Made by a program: the position numbers and the translations under genes. The notes beneath the pieces were generated by a model that was given only the letters and a program-made list of their open reading frames with translations, was not told the origin of the DNA and did no database searches. From Phoronis australis (lineage: Eukaryota > Animalia > Phoronida), in assembly GCA_002633005.1 (NCBI GenBank), contig NMRA01001148.1, forward strand, positions 1 to 38,724: DNA of 38,724 nucleotides, written 5' to 3'. This document shows, piece by piece, positions 1-11,877 of the stretch; the stretch's first letter is position 1, and each line of letters opens with the position of its first letter.

Positions 1-1400
1 TCATATTCTTTAAATCCCCAGATTTCCGCACGTACCACATACATGTAGTTAGCACAGCAATTTTATCAACCACCTCCAGTGATAGACTCAATGGTAGTTT
101 CGTGCTCTTGTTTCTAATTTTAGAGATCGACATAGCAGCATCACTACCTTGGCATGCCAGAGGTTTAGTCGTTTGGACGAAGCTAATCTTGGGCAAAAAA
201 TATTCCAAGATATTTATATTGTGAGGCAATCTCCATTAATTGATTTCCATAATACCACTTCTCATACAATCTGAGTGGCCCGCCATTTCTAAAAACAATG
301 ATCTTAGTTTTTCAGATTTACACTCATGCCCCAAGAAAAGCAATAACCATAAAAGTAGTTTAATATTCTTTGCAAATTTATTTGATTGCTCGAACACAGA
401 ACCAAATCATCATACAACAGCGATTTGACTTCCGGAGCATCTTCATTGATATCAATCCTTCTAATATTTTTGGCATTATCTAGGATTTCGATAAATTCGT
501 TTAGATACATCATAAACAATAGTGGGCTGATCATACACCCTTGCCTGGTGCCGACAGAACAGTAAAAAAGTCGGTTAACCCTTCTCGAGTCCTTACATAA
601 CGTAATTCGCTGTACATAGATTTCGAGACTTTAAGTACGTTACAATGGACGCCATTTTTTGAGTGGCATGTGAGGAACTCTGTCAAACGCCTTCTAAAAA
701 TCGAAAAAGCACAATAAAAACCACCCCAAGGCTTAGTGATGTACTTTTGTCCTGGCTGCAATAGCCGTTGCGGAATCCCGCTTGTGATTCACGATGTTCG
801 TCATTTGCCTCAGCCCATGTGCTAAGCCGGTTACTTAAAAATTTGGTAAACAGCTTTCCTACAGCTGACAGCAATGAGATACATCTATAATTGTTCTCAT
901 CTTCAGTGTTACCCTGTTTAAGTATGGGAACAATTATTGCGTCACACCAACCCTGTNGCCGACCGGTCGACGGCCGGTCGTCGACCAATTTCCGACCGGT
1001 CGGCCAAAAATTCGTGATGTGTGCTGTACATCTATAATTGTTCTCATCTTCAGTGTTACCCTGTTTAAGTATGGGAACAATTATTGCGTCACACCAACCC
1101 TGTGGGCAGTGACCTGTATAGCGAGAATCCATTGAGAAGCAGTTCCAATAGAGGAACAGCAGCTACTCTTGTACTCTTCAACATCTCAAACACAACATGA
1201 TCAATGCCATTTGGAAGAGTCAGTATAGCGCAGTCAGTTCAATCACAAGACAAACAAGCGTTCAGATCACTGGGGTAAATTTTGGTCACAAGTATCAAAG
1301 TAATTGTCATGATTTTCTTGTTGTCTTACGCCGGGGTCGAATTTTACATAGTGTCGCTCAGTTCTACCCGTTTATTGAGCAACGAATTAAAATGAATATT
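1..1400 (-). mobile_element. Degenerate LINE reverse transcriptase fragment (APE-RT non-LTR; CR1/L2/RTE-X group)
   Basis: Frameshifted ORFs give WCDAIIVPILKQGNTEDENNYRCISLLSAVGKLFTK..ESQAGFRNGY (RT N-terminal motifs), SPLLFMMYLNE, SLLYDDLVL (degenerate YADD) and KTKIIVFRNGG..YKYLGIFF. Confidence 0.92.
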
Positions 1401-1693
1401 GGAATGTGTTTATGACAGTTTTTATAGTTTATTAGTTTAGGTATTTCCTTGAACTTATTAAAGGCGAAGGCAACCCTTTTTCATGTCTTTTTTAGCAAAA
1501 ATAAGGTTCGTTGGTTAGAAACAACACCATACTCGGTTATTAAATTGATACTTGGGTCTCCGGTAAGTCAAGTCCAGTGAATTACGGTTATATAAAACCA
1601 GACCCTCGATTATCTTACGACCAGCTGAAACCCTCACAACTGAGAAACTTCCGACGCCAGAGGCTATCACTGAGAGGGTCAGATGCCAGAGGN

Positions 1694-2220
1694 TTGAAAT
1701 GCGGCCCATAATGTACTTTTCCTGCTAACAAATGATGCACTCATGTTTCAGAATGTTCCTATCTTGTTCGGGTTAATTGGGTGTTTCAGATTTTGGAAGT
1801 AATTGATTTTCTTGGGAAATCTTGGATAACATCTGTATCACTTTCAGCAACTTCAGCTTTAGTACTACTGTTGGTGCCTTGAAACCTTGCTATGCCGTTC
1901 TATGTCCTTTCAATTTTTTGGTCTGATACTTGGTCTTCTAGTCTACAGCACTCAGCAGTATACTGTGTAGGCTACCAGGACATGCAGATGTTTTCTGCAC
2001 AAACGTTTGTGACACCTCTTCTTCTTTTTGATCTACTGATCTACAGAGTTCCACAGTCAATCAGCTTTCGTCAGGAAGCTTTCCTAAGCTTCTTTAGGCT
2101 CTGACATCACAATTTTGTGCTGTTTGATAAACCTTGAATTATACAGGCATTACACTCCATGGGAGCAGCCATATTGAAGTAACTAAGCACAACAATACAA
2201 TCTGGCTCTCTGATTGGTCA
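1694..2220 (-). pseudogene. Decayed 5' end of a DNA-transposon ORF (tentatively Academ-like) with upstream CCAAT box
   Basis: ATG at 2172 gives MAAPMECNACIIQ, then S*RKLIDC and LKHECIIC with stops and frameshifts. Related to the ORF start at 17735. The family call is from recalled motifs only. Confidence 0.4.
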
Positions 2221-3023
2221 ATTCAATAGAAAAGCGCCATCAAGTGGCAGGTATGTGCATCATATTTTGTGCAACAAAAACACCTTTTTTAAAAAAAATG
2301 TGCAAGTGTAGACGTGGGAACTTTTTGGAATTTGATTTATGGGTATATTATCTAGCCACATAGAAAAAACTAGGTTGCCCCCCCCCAAAGTACTCACAAG
2401 GGTGAACGCTATGAGATCTGGCCCACCGACTATAAGCTGATCAATGCGACCAAAATTTGGAAGCTGGAATTCACCGCGAATAAAGTATGCATAGCACCAG
2501 AGAGAATTGCGGAAGAAAATAAGTGTTAATTTTTTTATTATGATTAGGTGAAAACGTCATACTTGATAGCTGGAATTGGACGGCCGCCGTGTAAAACATA
2601 GGGAGCCCCAGTGACTGATTAGTAGGGACCACTTGTTGCCTATTTTTCCAAGGGCTGCGACAGTCTAACCAGGGTGACCCCCGTGAAAGGATCATTCCGA
2701 TTGGTTGGAAAATAACATTCGGTTATTCTGATTGTTTGATTGTTGGTACATTCCACTCACGTTTGTGTTTGGTGACACACTCAAGCTGACGTCAGATGAA
2801 ACAACAAAACAATTCACTATATTTTTCAGCTTATTTCAGGAACTCATGTTTACAAAAAAATCAAACCCAAGCATGCTCACTGGTGCACTTACACGTACTT
2901 GAAATCATAAAACTCTGGGAATGGAATGCCATATGCCACAATATTACTTCGACCGCACGCGGCTGAGGTTACGCCGCGCACGCTTAAGTAGTTATTGCAT
3001 TAATTCGTTCCGGTATAATTTAC

Positions 3024-3878
3024 CTTTATACCACAATACTTGCGTCAAATGACAGATACAACCGTGTAATAACCCATAAAGTTATCTCACTAGTGAGATA
3101 ACGATTTGGAGGGAAACCGAGGACGGAGTCGAACCCGGGAGCCAGGAATTGCTGTTCGCCGACTTTAACACTACACCATGCAGCGACTGACGTCATCAAG
3201 AGTGAAAATAGAATACTTAAATGAGCACGCGCAATAATCGCATGTTCAACAAACCGCCTTGTACTATACTTATACGCTACGAAAAATTAGAAACATAATT
3301 TCCATAAAAATGATACCTTAATTCAGTGAAAATTTTCTCTCATATCCTCTTACCTGTGAATCACCGATCTCTAGTTTGAATGCGCGTATTGTGTCGTCAG
3401 GATCTTTGACTTGAGTATTATATTCAGTTACCAGTGGTAACCTACTTTAGCAGACGATAATTTCCCGGTCGAACGTGTTTTAAGCTATAATAGTTGGTAA
3501 ACCTTAATTTATAAATTCAATTTTTTTCTATTATATTTAAGTTTTCAATTGGTTTTGAGTAAAAGCAATATTTGACAAAATAGCCCAGCTTTTCTTAAAA
3601 GGTCACGACCTCCGACCCCGGGCCTCTGACATAGAAAGTAGTTACAAAGCTGTGGAGAGTCAGAAAAGGTAAATCGATTCATTGCAATGTTTCTCGTTTA
3701 GTATGTGGTATAAATAGATTATTACATGTTCTCAGTCGTTATCCCCTTATCTAGAGCCTTCGTGGATTTTATAGAATTATCACCCTCGGGGCTAAAGCCC
3801 CTCGGGCGATAATTTTCCAAAATCCACTCGGGCTCTAGATAACGGGGGATAACGACTTCGCCATGTAATAATCTATAT
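3024..3878. mobile_element. Non-autonomous hairpin element, Crypton-like architecture
   Basis: Inverted repeat TTTATACCACAATACT (~3024) / AGTATGTGGTATAAA (~3700), followed directly by a ~165-bp imperfect palindrome (3714-3876, centre GGGGCT-AA-AGCCCC). A perfect 22-bp palindrome lies at 3081-3102. Confidence 0.55.
3110..3188 (-). repeat. tRNA-derived (SINE-head-like) Pol III promoter segment
   Basis: Minus strand has A-box-like TGGTGTAGTGTT (3178-3167) and B-box GGTTCGACTCC (3135-3125) at tRNA spacing. No pairing acceptor stem. Confidence 0.6.
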
Positions 3879-3959
3879 ATATCTATATTTATATCTGTAT
3901 ATTACCACACAAAACTGAGGCCACGGGCACAAAGTACAAAGTTACAAATAGTCAGGTAT

Positions 3960-4640
3960 TACACGTTGTCGCCCTTCTCTTCAATACTAAAAAGACAAGT
4001 TTTTAAAACGAGATTTCGCACCTGACACCTTGATTCAACCAAATTTCATAAAACCGTATTTTGATAGAAATTGCCTTATAGGAGATACCCAATTATTTCT
4101 TCCATTCCGATCTAAATCAGTTAACATGTCAAAAATGCATCATGTCAATAGGCGTTTTAGCGTGCGTATCTAGTAGGTGGCATTTTCAACTACTCTAGCC
4201 AACACTTTACACATGTGACATGGTACTTTGCATCGAGAGGACAAATTCCACATTCACCCAATACAGCTGCGTTTGAGCAACAGTTTCCAATTCCAACAGA
4301 AATTTTACAGAATTAAACACATACTTTTTCAAGCCATTCATATTCTTTAAATCCCCAGATTTCCGCACGTACCACATACATGTAGTTAGCACAGCAATTT
4401 TATCAACCACCTCTAGTGATAGACTCAATGGTAGTTTCGTGCTCTTGTTTCTAATTTTAGAGATCGACATAGCAGCATCACTACCTTGGCATGCCAGAGG
4501 TTTAGTCGTTTGGACGAAGCTAATCTTGGGCAAAAAATATTCCAAGATATTTATATTGGGAGGCAATCTCCATTAATTGATTTCCATAATACCACTTCTC
4601 ATACAATCTGAGTGGCCCGCCATTTCTAAAAACAATGATC
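3960..4640 (-). mobile_element. 3' part of the same LINE ORF2; 4338-4640 nearly identical to 1-303 (probable allelic haplotig)
   Basis: Direct sequence match to 1-303 with two substitutions seen, ending at n4641. Continues into LINE C-terminal residues (..DRNGRNNWVSPIRQFLSKYGFYEIWLNQGV). Confidence 0.85.
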
Positions 4641-5849
4641 NTTGGCACAAGAAAGGAAACCAAGAGACAGGGTTATAGTTCTATTTTGGAATGCGAAAGT
4701 AGTAACATAAAACTGTAGCGTTAAATCTCATACCAGCTGATTCATTTCTCGACAAATCTTGCTGCGCCATTCTCTCAATATTTCTTTGTGTCTCCTTCGA
4801 AAATTCTCTATGATTTCTGTTCTGTATTTTATTTACACTACGTCCACGTTGTACCAACCCTTCTCGAGTAAGCCGCGTTGACCTAGTTCTTCTAAATGAC
4901 ATACAAACTCCGCCCAAAGTTATTCACGTGATTCTGAGCAATAGCTCAGACTCGATCGCGTCGCTAAAACTGAACGACTATTCTTTAATTTCTGCAACGC
5001 GCAATATCAAAATCAATCATATGTTGAAATTTTAAATACCCTGCTCGAGTAACTGTGAAAATTACTAGCTATCGCAGTCAAGAAACTAAAAGTTCTGATA
5101 TGATGCCGAATGTGCACTCCTCGATCACCACCGTGCGCTAAATTGCCGATTTTTCGCTTTTCCATTTTGGTGTATATTTAAATTTTTTAACATAAATTTC
5201 TCAGTGATGCGTGAACGGATGAAATTTTGAATACTTGCTATCCGATACCTTCCAAAGAGATCTGGGTCTCATGATATCGATTTAGGTCCTAGGTTTTCTA
5301 AAAGGTAGGCTTCAAAAATTAAGAGTACGGCTGTTTTTGCTCAAAATGCTCTAAACCCTGGAAAACAAAAACTATGGCCTTTTTAAAAAATCTGAGACAC
5401 GGTTTCCTCGAAAATGCTGGCATCAATATGTTTACAAAAGACCAGTATGGAGAAACGATACTTTTAAAATCTCTGTTTAAAGCCAAAATAAATACTAAAA
5501 AACATATCTCGTGATAAAATAAAGACAAAAATATAAGAATAATTAAGAAATTTTGTTAGGAAATTTATTCAACTTTCAGAAAATCTATACAACAACTTCT
5601 CATTTGAAATGAGCTTTTTTCAAATAAATGAGCGTCGAAAAAAGACTTAAATCTAATACTTAATATGGTATTGACCCAGACGAACCCAAACTTGAAAATT
5701 CATTAACTGGTATATCAGTGGTGATGATGTCAATGCACCGCAGACTCATTGTACTGCATGTAAAGTAACAGGTGAGCGTCTGTTCACATTAGCCCCCTTT
5801 TCACATGAGCTGAATACTCATCATAGGGTATTGACACAAATAGCATCCT

Positions 5850-6554
5850 AGAGCTGAGATGGTACTTCTTCTGAAAGCATATGGCGGACAGCGACAAACG
5901 TCCACCAACCATTGATGCTTTGAAACAGCATGTGCTGAGGGTGTTTATTGAGGCGAGAGTGTGGGGTCAGGCAGTCATTACTCGATAGGAGTTCCTTGAC
6001 CGATTGCAGAATGAATTCACAAGGACAAATACGACCAGCTGAAACCCTCACAACTGAGAAACTTCCGACGCCAGAGGCTATCACTGAGAGGGTCAGATGC
6101 CAGAGGAAAAATTATTGCTTTTCCCAAAGATGATCTTGCTGATCAAAAGACCTACGTTACACAGATCTTTTTCAGTGTAGTGCAGAGTGTCAGAATGGTG
6201 AGGACTCTTACGATGATGTGATTACTGATTACAGTGATGGCGATAGTAATGATTTATAGACTGATTTCAAAGTTTTGAAAGACTATTGACACTACAAAAA
6301 CATACTTTTATGTTCTGCAAACGTAAATAAGTTGTTTAGATACGGGTTTAGTTTATCTCACTTGAAGCACGGACGGAGATACTGAGCATAATCCATTTTA
6401 CAGGCGCCATTTTGAAAATCCAAGATGACCGCCAAGATGGCCGCCAAAAGTGGAATCAATTATTTTCTGATTTGTTATTCCACGAATTTTCCAAAAATGT
6501 ATAGTTTCCGCTTTACCCCCAAAAATCAAACAAATTACTCAACAGACCTGAATA
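5850..6554 (+). mobile_element. 3' end of an AcademX-like DNA transposon (XPG-associated C-terminus, Cys-rich finger, terminal region)
   Basis: Translates as KHMADSDKRPPTIDALKQHVLRVFIEARVWGQA...LPTPEAITERVRCQRKNYCFSQR*SC*SKDLRYTDLFQCSAECQN plus an acidic tail. This matches the LPPT..AL.QH..RA / C.C..C..C.C..CT..C.C..C.N pattern. Subterminal CAAGATGGCCGCC-type repeats at ~6420-6445. Confidence 0.7.
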
Positions 6555-7159
6555 TATTAGCATGACAGTAAACATGAGAAAACAAGTTCATTGTTTCTAA
6601 GCGTCATTTACGGAACTTGTAGATTTTTAGTTGCATAATTTGGCTTGTTTTTGCCCAGAGACAAGCAATCCTAGCAGTGAACAACCTGTGTAATGCATTG
6701 GTGTTATGTTCACTCACCGTAACATACTTGAGCGGCATACCTTCAAAAGTTCAATATTATGATCACACATCAAAAGAAATTTGCAATCACACCTAGAGAC
6801 GAGAATGCTTACGACAATGAGAAACATACATGTACGCTGACTGAAAGTTGTATCATAACAACTATAAACTAGAAATCCTACACAATAACTATCAATATGA
6901 AAATCAAGAGTCAGTGAATAATATAGAATTTTCATTAAACATCAGTTCTTACACCAGCAATTTGAATTTAATTCACATATGTTCCACTCAAAATGTGAAA
7001 ATTATTTTAACGCTAATAAAAAAATTCTACCAATTTCTAAGCCTTGATTGAGACAATAATGTGAAATTAACATTTTTAATATGGCGTATTAAATTCATAA
7101 TTTTGATCATAACCTAAAAAGTATCAAAACCCAAAAACGCAGGGCGTTGACATGAACCC

Positions 7160-7620
7160 ACATCTGCACCGTACATGGAGTGTTTCTAGGGATGTCAAGA
7201 GCAGTTCAAAATATATTGAATGCCACTTGGGGCATCAAAGTTATCAGACTCATTCAAATAAGAATGTCGGCTACTGTCTTCTTCACAACAACATCGATGC
7301 CAATATTATTGATTCTCCAAGCGGTTTGGAAGATACCGTCTGACGCAAAAAACGATGCAAAATTATTAAAACAAGAGCAACACAAAGCCCTGAAATATAC
7401 CCACGGCTGCATTGTAAACGATATGTTTCTAGGGATGTTGATCAGAATTAAAAATGGTGAAAAATATGTCGTATGCCGGTAGGGCACCACAGTCGTAAAA
7501 CCTATTCAAAAACAGTATCAACAAGCGTCTTCTTCGTATCGTCAACTTTCTTAGAGATTGTTGGAGCCGTTTGGAAGACATCGTGGCAGATGGAAAAAAT
7601 CACATGCAAAAATTAACCAC
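7160..7620. repeat. Diverged ~240-bp tandem duplication
   Basis: Collinear shared blocks in both units: CTGCA, TGTTTCTAGGGATGT, GGGCA, GTCTTCTTC, GTTTGGAAGA, ATGCAAAA. Confidence 0.6.
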
Positions 7621-8499
7621 AGTAAGTTACCATCTTGATAAGAAAAGGATAACAATTTCTATGAAGAACCTGCAAGGTGTTGAGTTCACAAGGCCGCTTC
7701 CCCCACAAAAATGGCCACAAGGGGACGGCAAAGTAGTTAGTTTTGTATGATAATCCAAGCCAGCTGTTGTCTTCCCAGTATGAACACATGCTAATTTCCA
7801 GTTTCTTTTGGTGGGTACTGTTTATACAGAATATTCATAGCTCTTATTGGTCTACTATGTTCCCAATGTGTGGCAAATATTCTGGTTCTTGTTCTTCTTC
7901 TGCGTCTTCCCTTTTCCTTGACAACTCCATGATTTTATTCAGTGATCACTCGTCAGCTATGTCTGCCGGATCTGAAAATGGAAAGTGATGAAAACACATT
8001 ATAAGGAAACTGACACAAACAATTAGATTGAAAACTCTTGAATTTTATGATTAATTCCAATCGGTAGCCAGTCATATCAGTTGACCATAATTGCAGGCAG
8101 GATTCTGATAAGGAATTTTTCTCTCAAAAGGGATGTGTGACTCACATTCTTATACATTCGCCTCTAAGAACTGCCTGTGTGTTCAACCAATCATTGAATG
8201 AAAAATGGATAAGACTTATTGGAGGATTATCTTAACGGCATGGCAACCTGACAGCATTACTGTCACCGAAGGATTGCGAAAAACAACATTGGTTATATTT
8301 TAACCTGATTCTTCATGACCAGGTTTTGGTAATATTACAGTTATCCTCAAACCACCCCATTTCGGATCCACCACAAGACAACATAGTAATTTACATGTCA
8401 TGTCAGCCTAGGTCACAGTAATGCAACAAAGAAAAAATATTTTGTAGAATAAAGATAGAGACAAGATTACAGCACCGCAAATGATAGGCTTTAGAGGTG

Positions 8500-8930
8500 T
8501 TTGTTAGCACTATGAAAAAATGACCATTAGACTGTAGCCTACAAAATTCCTTTAACACATCCCAAAGTGAGAAGGCGTTGCAGTCTCCCAAACTATTAGA
8601 AAACGATACCGAAAACAGTAAAAATGGTCACTAGACTTTAGGTGGTGCAAAATACTTCTAATACATCCGAAATGGGAGAAAACTTCATCTCACAAATGCC
8701 AATCTACCAAATTTAATGAAAATCCGCGCAGGTCCTTTGAAGATACAGCGGTAAACGTTAAAAACTGAAAGTGCCGCTAAGGGACACACCGGTAGACGGT
8801 TCCGTCCAAAAGTTCGCTCATGCCTTTCCATGAAAGAAAACGTGCAAAATTTCATGAATGTTCATTAAAAGGTTTTGTAGAGCAACGGACGCTGGACGGA
8901 CAGGGATGATGACATATGCGTCCACATATA
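8500..8930 (+). mobile_element. Helentron/HINE-like repeat remnant
   Basis: Repeated CAAATTT(C/A)ATGAA subunits and an ACGGAC/GGACGGACAG microsatellite-like end. Confidence 0.4.
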
Positions 8931-10499
8931 AATATGTGAGTGAATAAAAATGTTTACATTTCAGTTGATGGTAGTTGCATAATAAACCTTGGCCAACTGG
9001 AAAACCACTACCACTTGAACAATCAACGAAGATAGGGGTTTGCCGCCTTGAACACAATGGCCTATTGAATCAGAGATTTCTTTGACCTGTCTAGTCGTGT
9101 CTGTAATGACACACTATACCTCAGTTGTGTCGCAAAATTGAACGATATTCCATCTGGCTGAATGAATCGTTATCTGGTGAATTTTATAGCAATATTTCAT
9201 GCAACATGGTGTAGTGTAGTGTAGGGGTGATTAAAAATTTTAATTCAGTACATAAATTAAATTGGGTTGTGGTACAAAATTTCACCAATAGCATAGCCAT
9301 CATGAAAGGCCGTCTGTAGTAAACAACATGGGCAAATCCTTTTGTAACCAATGTAAAATCAGAGATCATCTTGATCAATTGTCAAAAACGGTTATCCTAG
9401 GAAAATACATTTGTTGGGTCTCATTGGTAGCTGTGAGTGCTTTCTGCCTAAAAATTGCTTTAACTGGGCCGTGACAGATAAGCAGAGATTTGATTTTTTT
9501 AAAATCTGTTTTCAACACTAATTTTTAGTAATAAGCTGTTTGTTGTGATTAAAGTACATGTAGGAATTCAAAATAATTCAAACTTCAGTATTTAGGCTTT
9601 ATTGCTCTTTTGGAAGAGATTCTAAATTAAATTAATGTAAGGAAACAGATTATAACGATTGACCTTTTGCATGAACTTATCACTTCAGGTAAGCTTATGC
9701 TAGTGAAATGTGCCGCGCATTGGGATATAAATTTTCAGTATATTTGACCAATGCAAAAACTACCTGTCGTAAAATCCTGACTTCTCTTCAAAGACCATAA
9801 ACTAGAATACGATGAGAATGGTGGTCATCTTGTATTTGATACCTGTTGGCATTTAGAAAACTTGTTGTTCAAGAAAAGTAGGACTAAAAATTTTTAACAA
9901 GTAAACATGCCAGGCTTGCGCTAGCAGCTCGCCAGCTCGCCATTAGGGAATTCTGAGTGGCACTGCTACGTCCATTCGCCAACTTGGCGAATGTTTTCGC
10001 AACTTGATAATAAAAATCAATTTCGGAAAACCCACTCGCATGACGATTCATATGAGTCACCTCGAATCAAGTTGCGTAGCAAACGACATTCTTCCTTCTA
10101 TTCAGTCATAAAAATAGCAAGCCAATGTTTCATTTCATGCCCGTCACTCCTCCTGAAATCACTTTTTCACGAGACAAATTGTTCAACTCAATAGGGGAGG
10201 GGAGGAGAGGGGAGGGAGGGGATCAACACTGTTGGTAATGGCAATTCCTCGCTTCGCAGCGAGCTCCCAGTTGTCGTCTGCATGGGACATGAAATATGAA
10301 CTCATGCTTTAAATGTTCTATTTTCATATTACTGACTGTACTTCGGGAGCAAGTTTTCTGTTATACAGAATTTGTTGAATGCACGACACTTTTCATTGTT
10401 CACGGTCTTTATTCCGTTGCGTTCATACTTTCTGAACAAAACTCTACTCTCTACTGAACATAGATACAGTAACTGACCTAGCGACACAATTAAAAGACA

Positions 10500-10537
10500 C
10501 ACGATATTTCGAAACATACTTGTTTCATTCTCAAGTG
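10500..10537 (-). ncRNA. Minimal hammerhead ribozyme, U3-A8 core variant (copy 1)
   Basis: CAC-TTGAGAA-T-GAAACA-AGTA-TGTTTC-GAAA-TATC-GTG: stem I CAC/GTG, 6-bp stem II, AUC cleavage triplet. Confidence 0.7.
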
Positions 10538-10707
10538 AAGTGACTGTACTTCGGGAGCAAGTTTTCTGTTATACAGAATTTGTTGAATGCACGACACTTT
10601 TCATTGTTCACGGTCTTTATTCCGTTGCGTTCATACTTTCTGAACAAAACTCTACTCTCTACTGAACATAGATACAGTAACTGACCTAGCGACACAATTA
10701 AAAGACA

Positions 10708-10745
10708 CACGATATTTCGAAACATACTTGTTTCATTCTCAAGTG
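10708..10745 (-). ncRNA. Minimal hammerhead ribozyme, U3-A8 core variant (copy 2)
   Basis: Identical to 10500-10537. Confidence 0.7.
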
Positions 10746-11399
10746 AAGATAAAATGACGCAGTAATGCCACCACAGAGTATAAGCTGACGACACACACAG
10801 TGAGACACGGCGGGTGTGAAATACTGCAAAGAATGACTAATGAATTGGGGTAACAGGAAAGTCACGCAAACAAGTGTAACGTGCGGCGCGACCCTGTTTG
10901 CTGCTCATTCAAAATAGGCTTCTCAAAAGCAATTAAAAGGGACTCTAATACTTTCAAACGCAGCACATCTTGCTCCACGTAGCGAATTGACGTGTTTTCC
11001 ACAATTTCTTGACGGGTGATTTTACGTGCGTGGTATTGCAGAAAATGATCTTGAATGGCGCCATTTTGAAGATGCATGGATAACCGACGGGAAAGACTGC
11101 AAACCGTTTGACCATTGTAACATTGTTTGACGTTTGAACGAAGACATTCGTTCATAGGGCATACAAATTCATAAACAACACTACACGGTGCAACGGGGCG
11201 GACTTTCGCTTTAGAAATGTTATTTTTCATGACCAAGTTGGAGGACTTCCTATTGCTATTTCATATTACATGAATCTTTCCCAATTCATAACAAACTTAA
11301 CCAAATTTCAGCGCACAATTTACCGTGTCAAAAATTGGTTGAGACTTGACAAGGAGTAAAAGGCGCAGACGACGCCGGGAAGAACGAGTTTGTTTTCTA

Positions 11400-11877
11400 T
11401 TTTTAAATCACAATACGTCACATGTTACACCTAGGGAACGCAGGGAGAAACTTGGTCCGTTTCTGAGTGGAAGAAAAGGCAAAAGAAAATCTAGTGCAAA
11501 TGGACTACGACAAACTCATAATAAATGGAAAGGCTTATAACTAATGACGACTCTGCCAAATACATTGTTGAGTTCGGAGCAGGTCCGCGAAATGAATTTA
11601 GACAAAGGCCTACAGTTAAAAGTGAGTAGTTGGAACATAAATGGGTTAAAAAATAAAATACATCACTGATTTGATGAAGTCTTTCGATGTAATAGAACTT
11701 CAAGAGACATGGACGGGTTTGTGTGTTTTAACAAAGTAAGAACGGAAAGAAAACGTAGTATGCTTATTTTTGGAAAATAAGAATTGTCTGGTTATGTAAA
11801 TGAGGTTGCATCAGATTTGGAGAATATGATTTCAATAAAATTTGTTGCTGGTATGAATAAGCCACCTCTATATTTAG
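11400..11877 (+). mobile_element. LINE B: end of ORF1 and start of APE endonuclease (decayed)
   Basis: VQMDYDKLIINGKAY (ORF1 C-terminus-like), then LKVSSWNINGLKNK..FDVIELQETW (APE motifs I-II). Confidence 0.8.

Larger units (their letters stand above)
10333..10748. repeat. Exact tandem duplication of a 208-bp PLE pLTR
   Basis: 10333-10540 equals 10541-10748, with no difference seen by eye. Confidence 0.95.
10333..11258 (-). mobile_element. 5'-truncated Naiad-type Penelope-like retroelement: GIY-YIG C-terminus plus tandem 208-bp pseudo-LTRs
   Basis: ORF 10862-11236 reads VVYEFVCPMNEC..YNGQT..LSRRLSMH..H..H..RLKVLESLLI..KPILNEQ. The pLTR re-encodes the ORF N-terminus (..FNKFCITENLLPKYS). Perfect 11-bp TSD TTTCATATTAC at 10322-10332 and 11259-11269. 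Confidence 0.88.

Noticed and set aside
3110-3188. Functional tRNA gene
   Set aside because: A and B boxes are present, but the acceptor and anticodon stems do not pair.
4681-4930. First exon MAQQDLSRNESA with GC box and E-box
   Set aside because: The paralogue at 36.7-36.8 kb lacks both the ATG and the GT donor, and no downstream exon was found.
10749-10864. SECIS/selenoprotein recoding, reported for some Naiad elements
   Set aside because: No in-frame UGA within the retained ORF part and no recognisable AUGA..AA..GA stem-loop after the stop.
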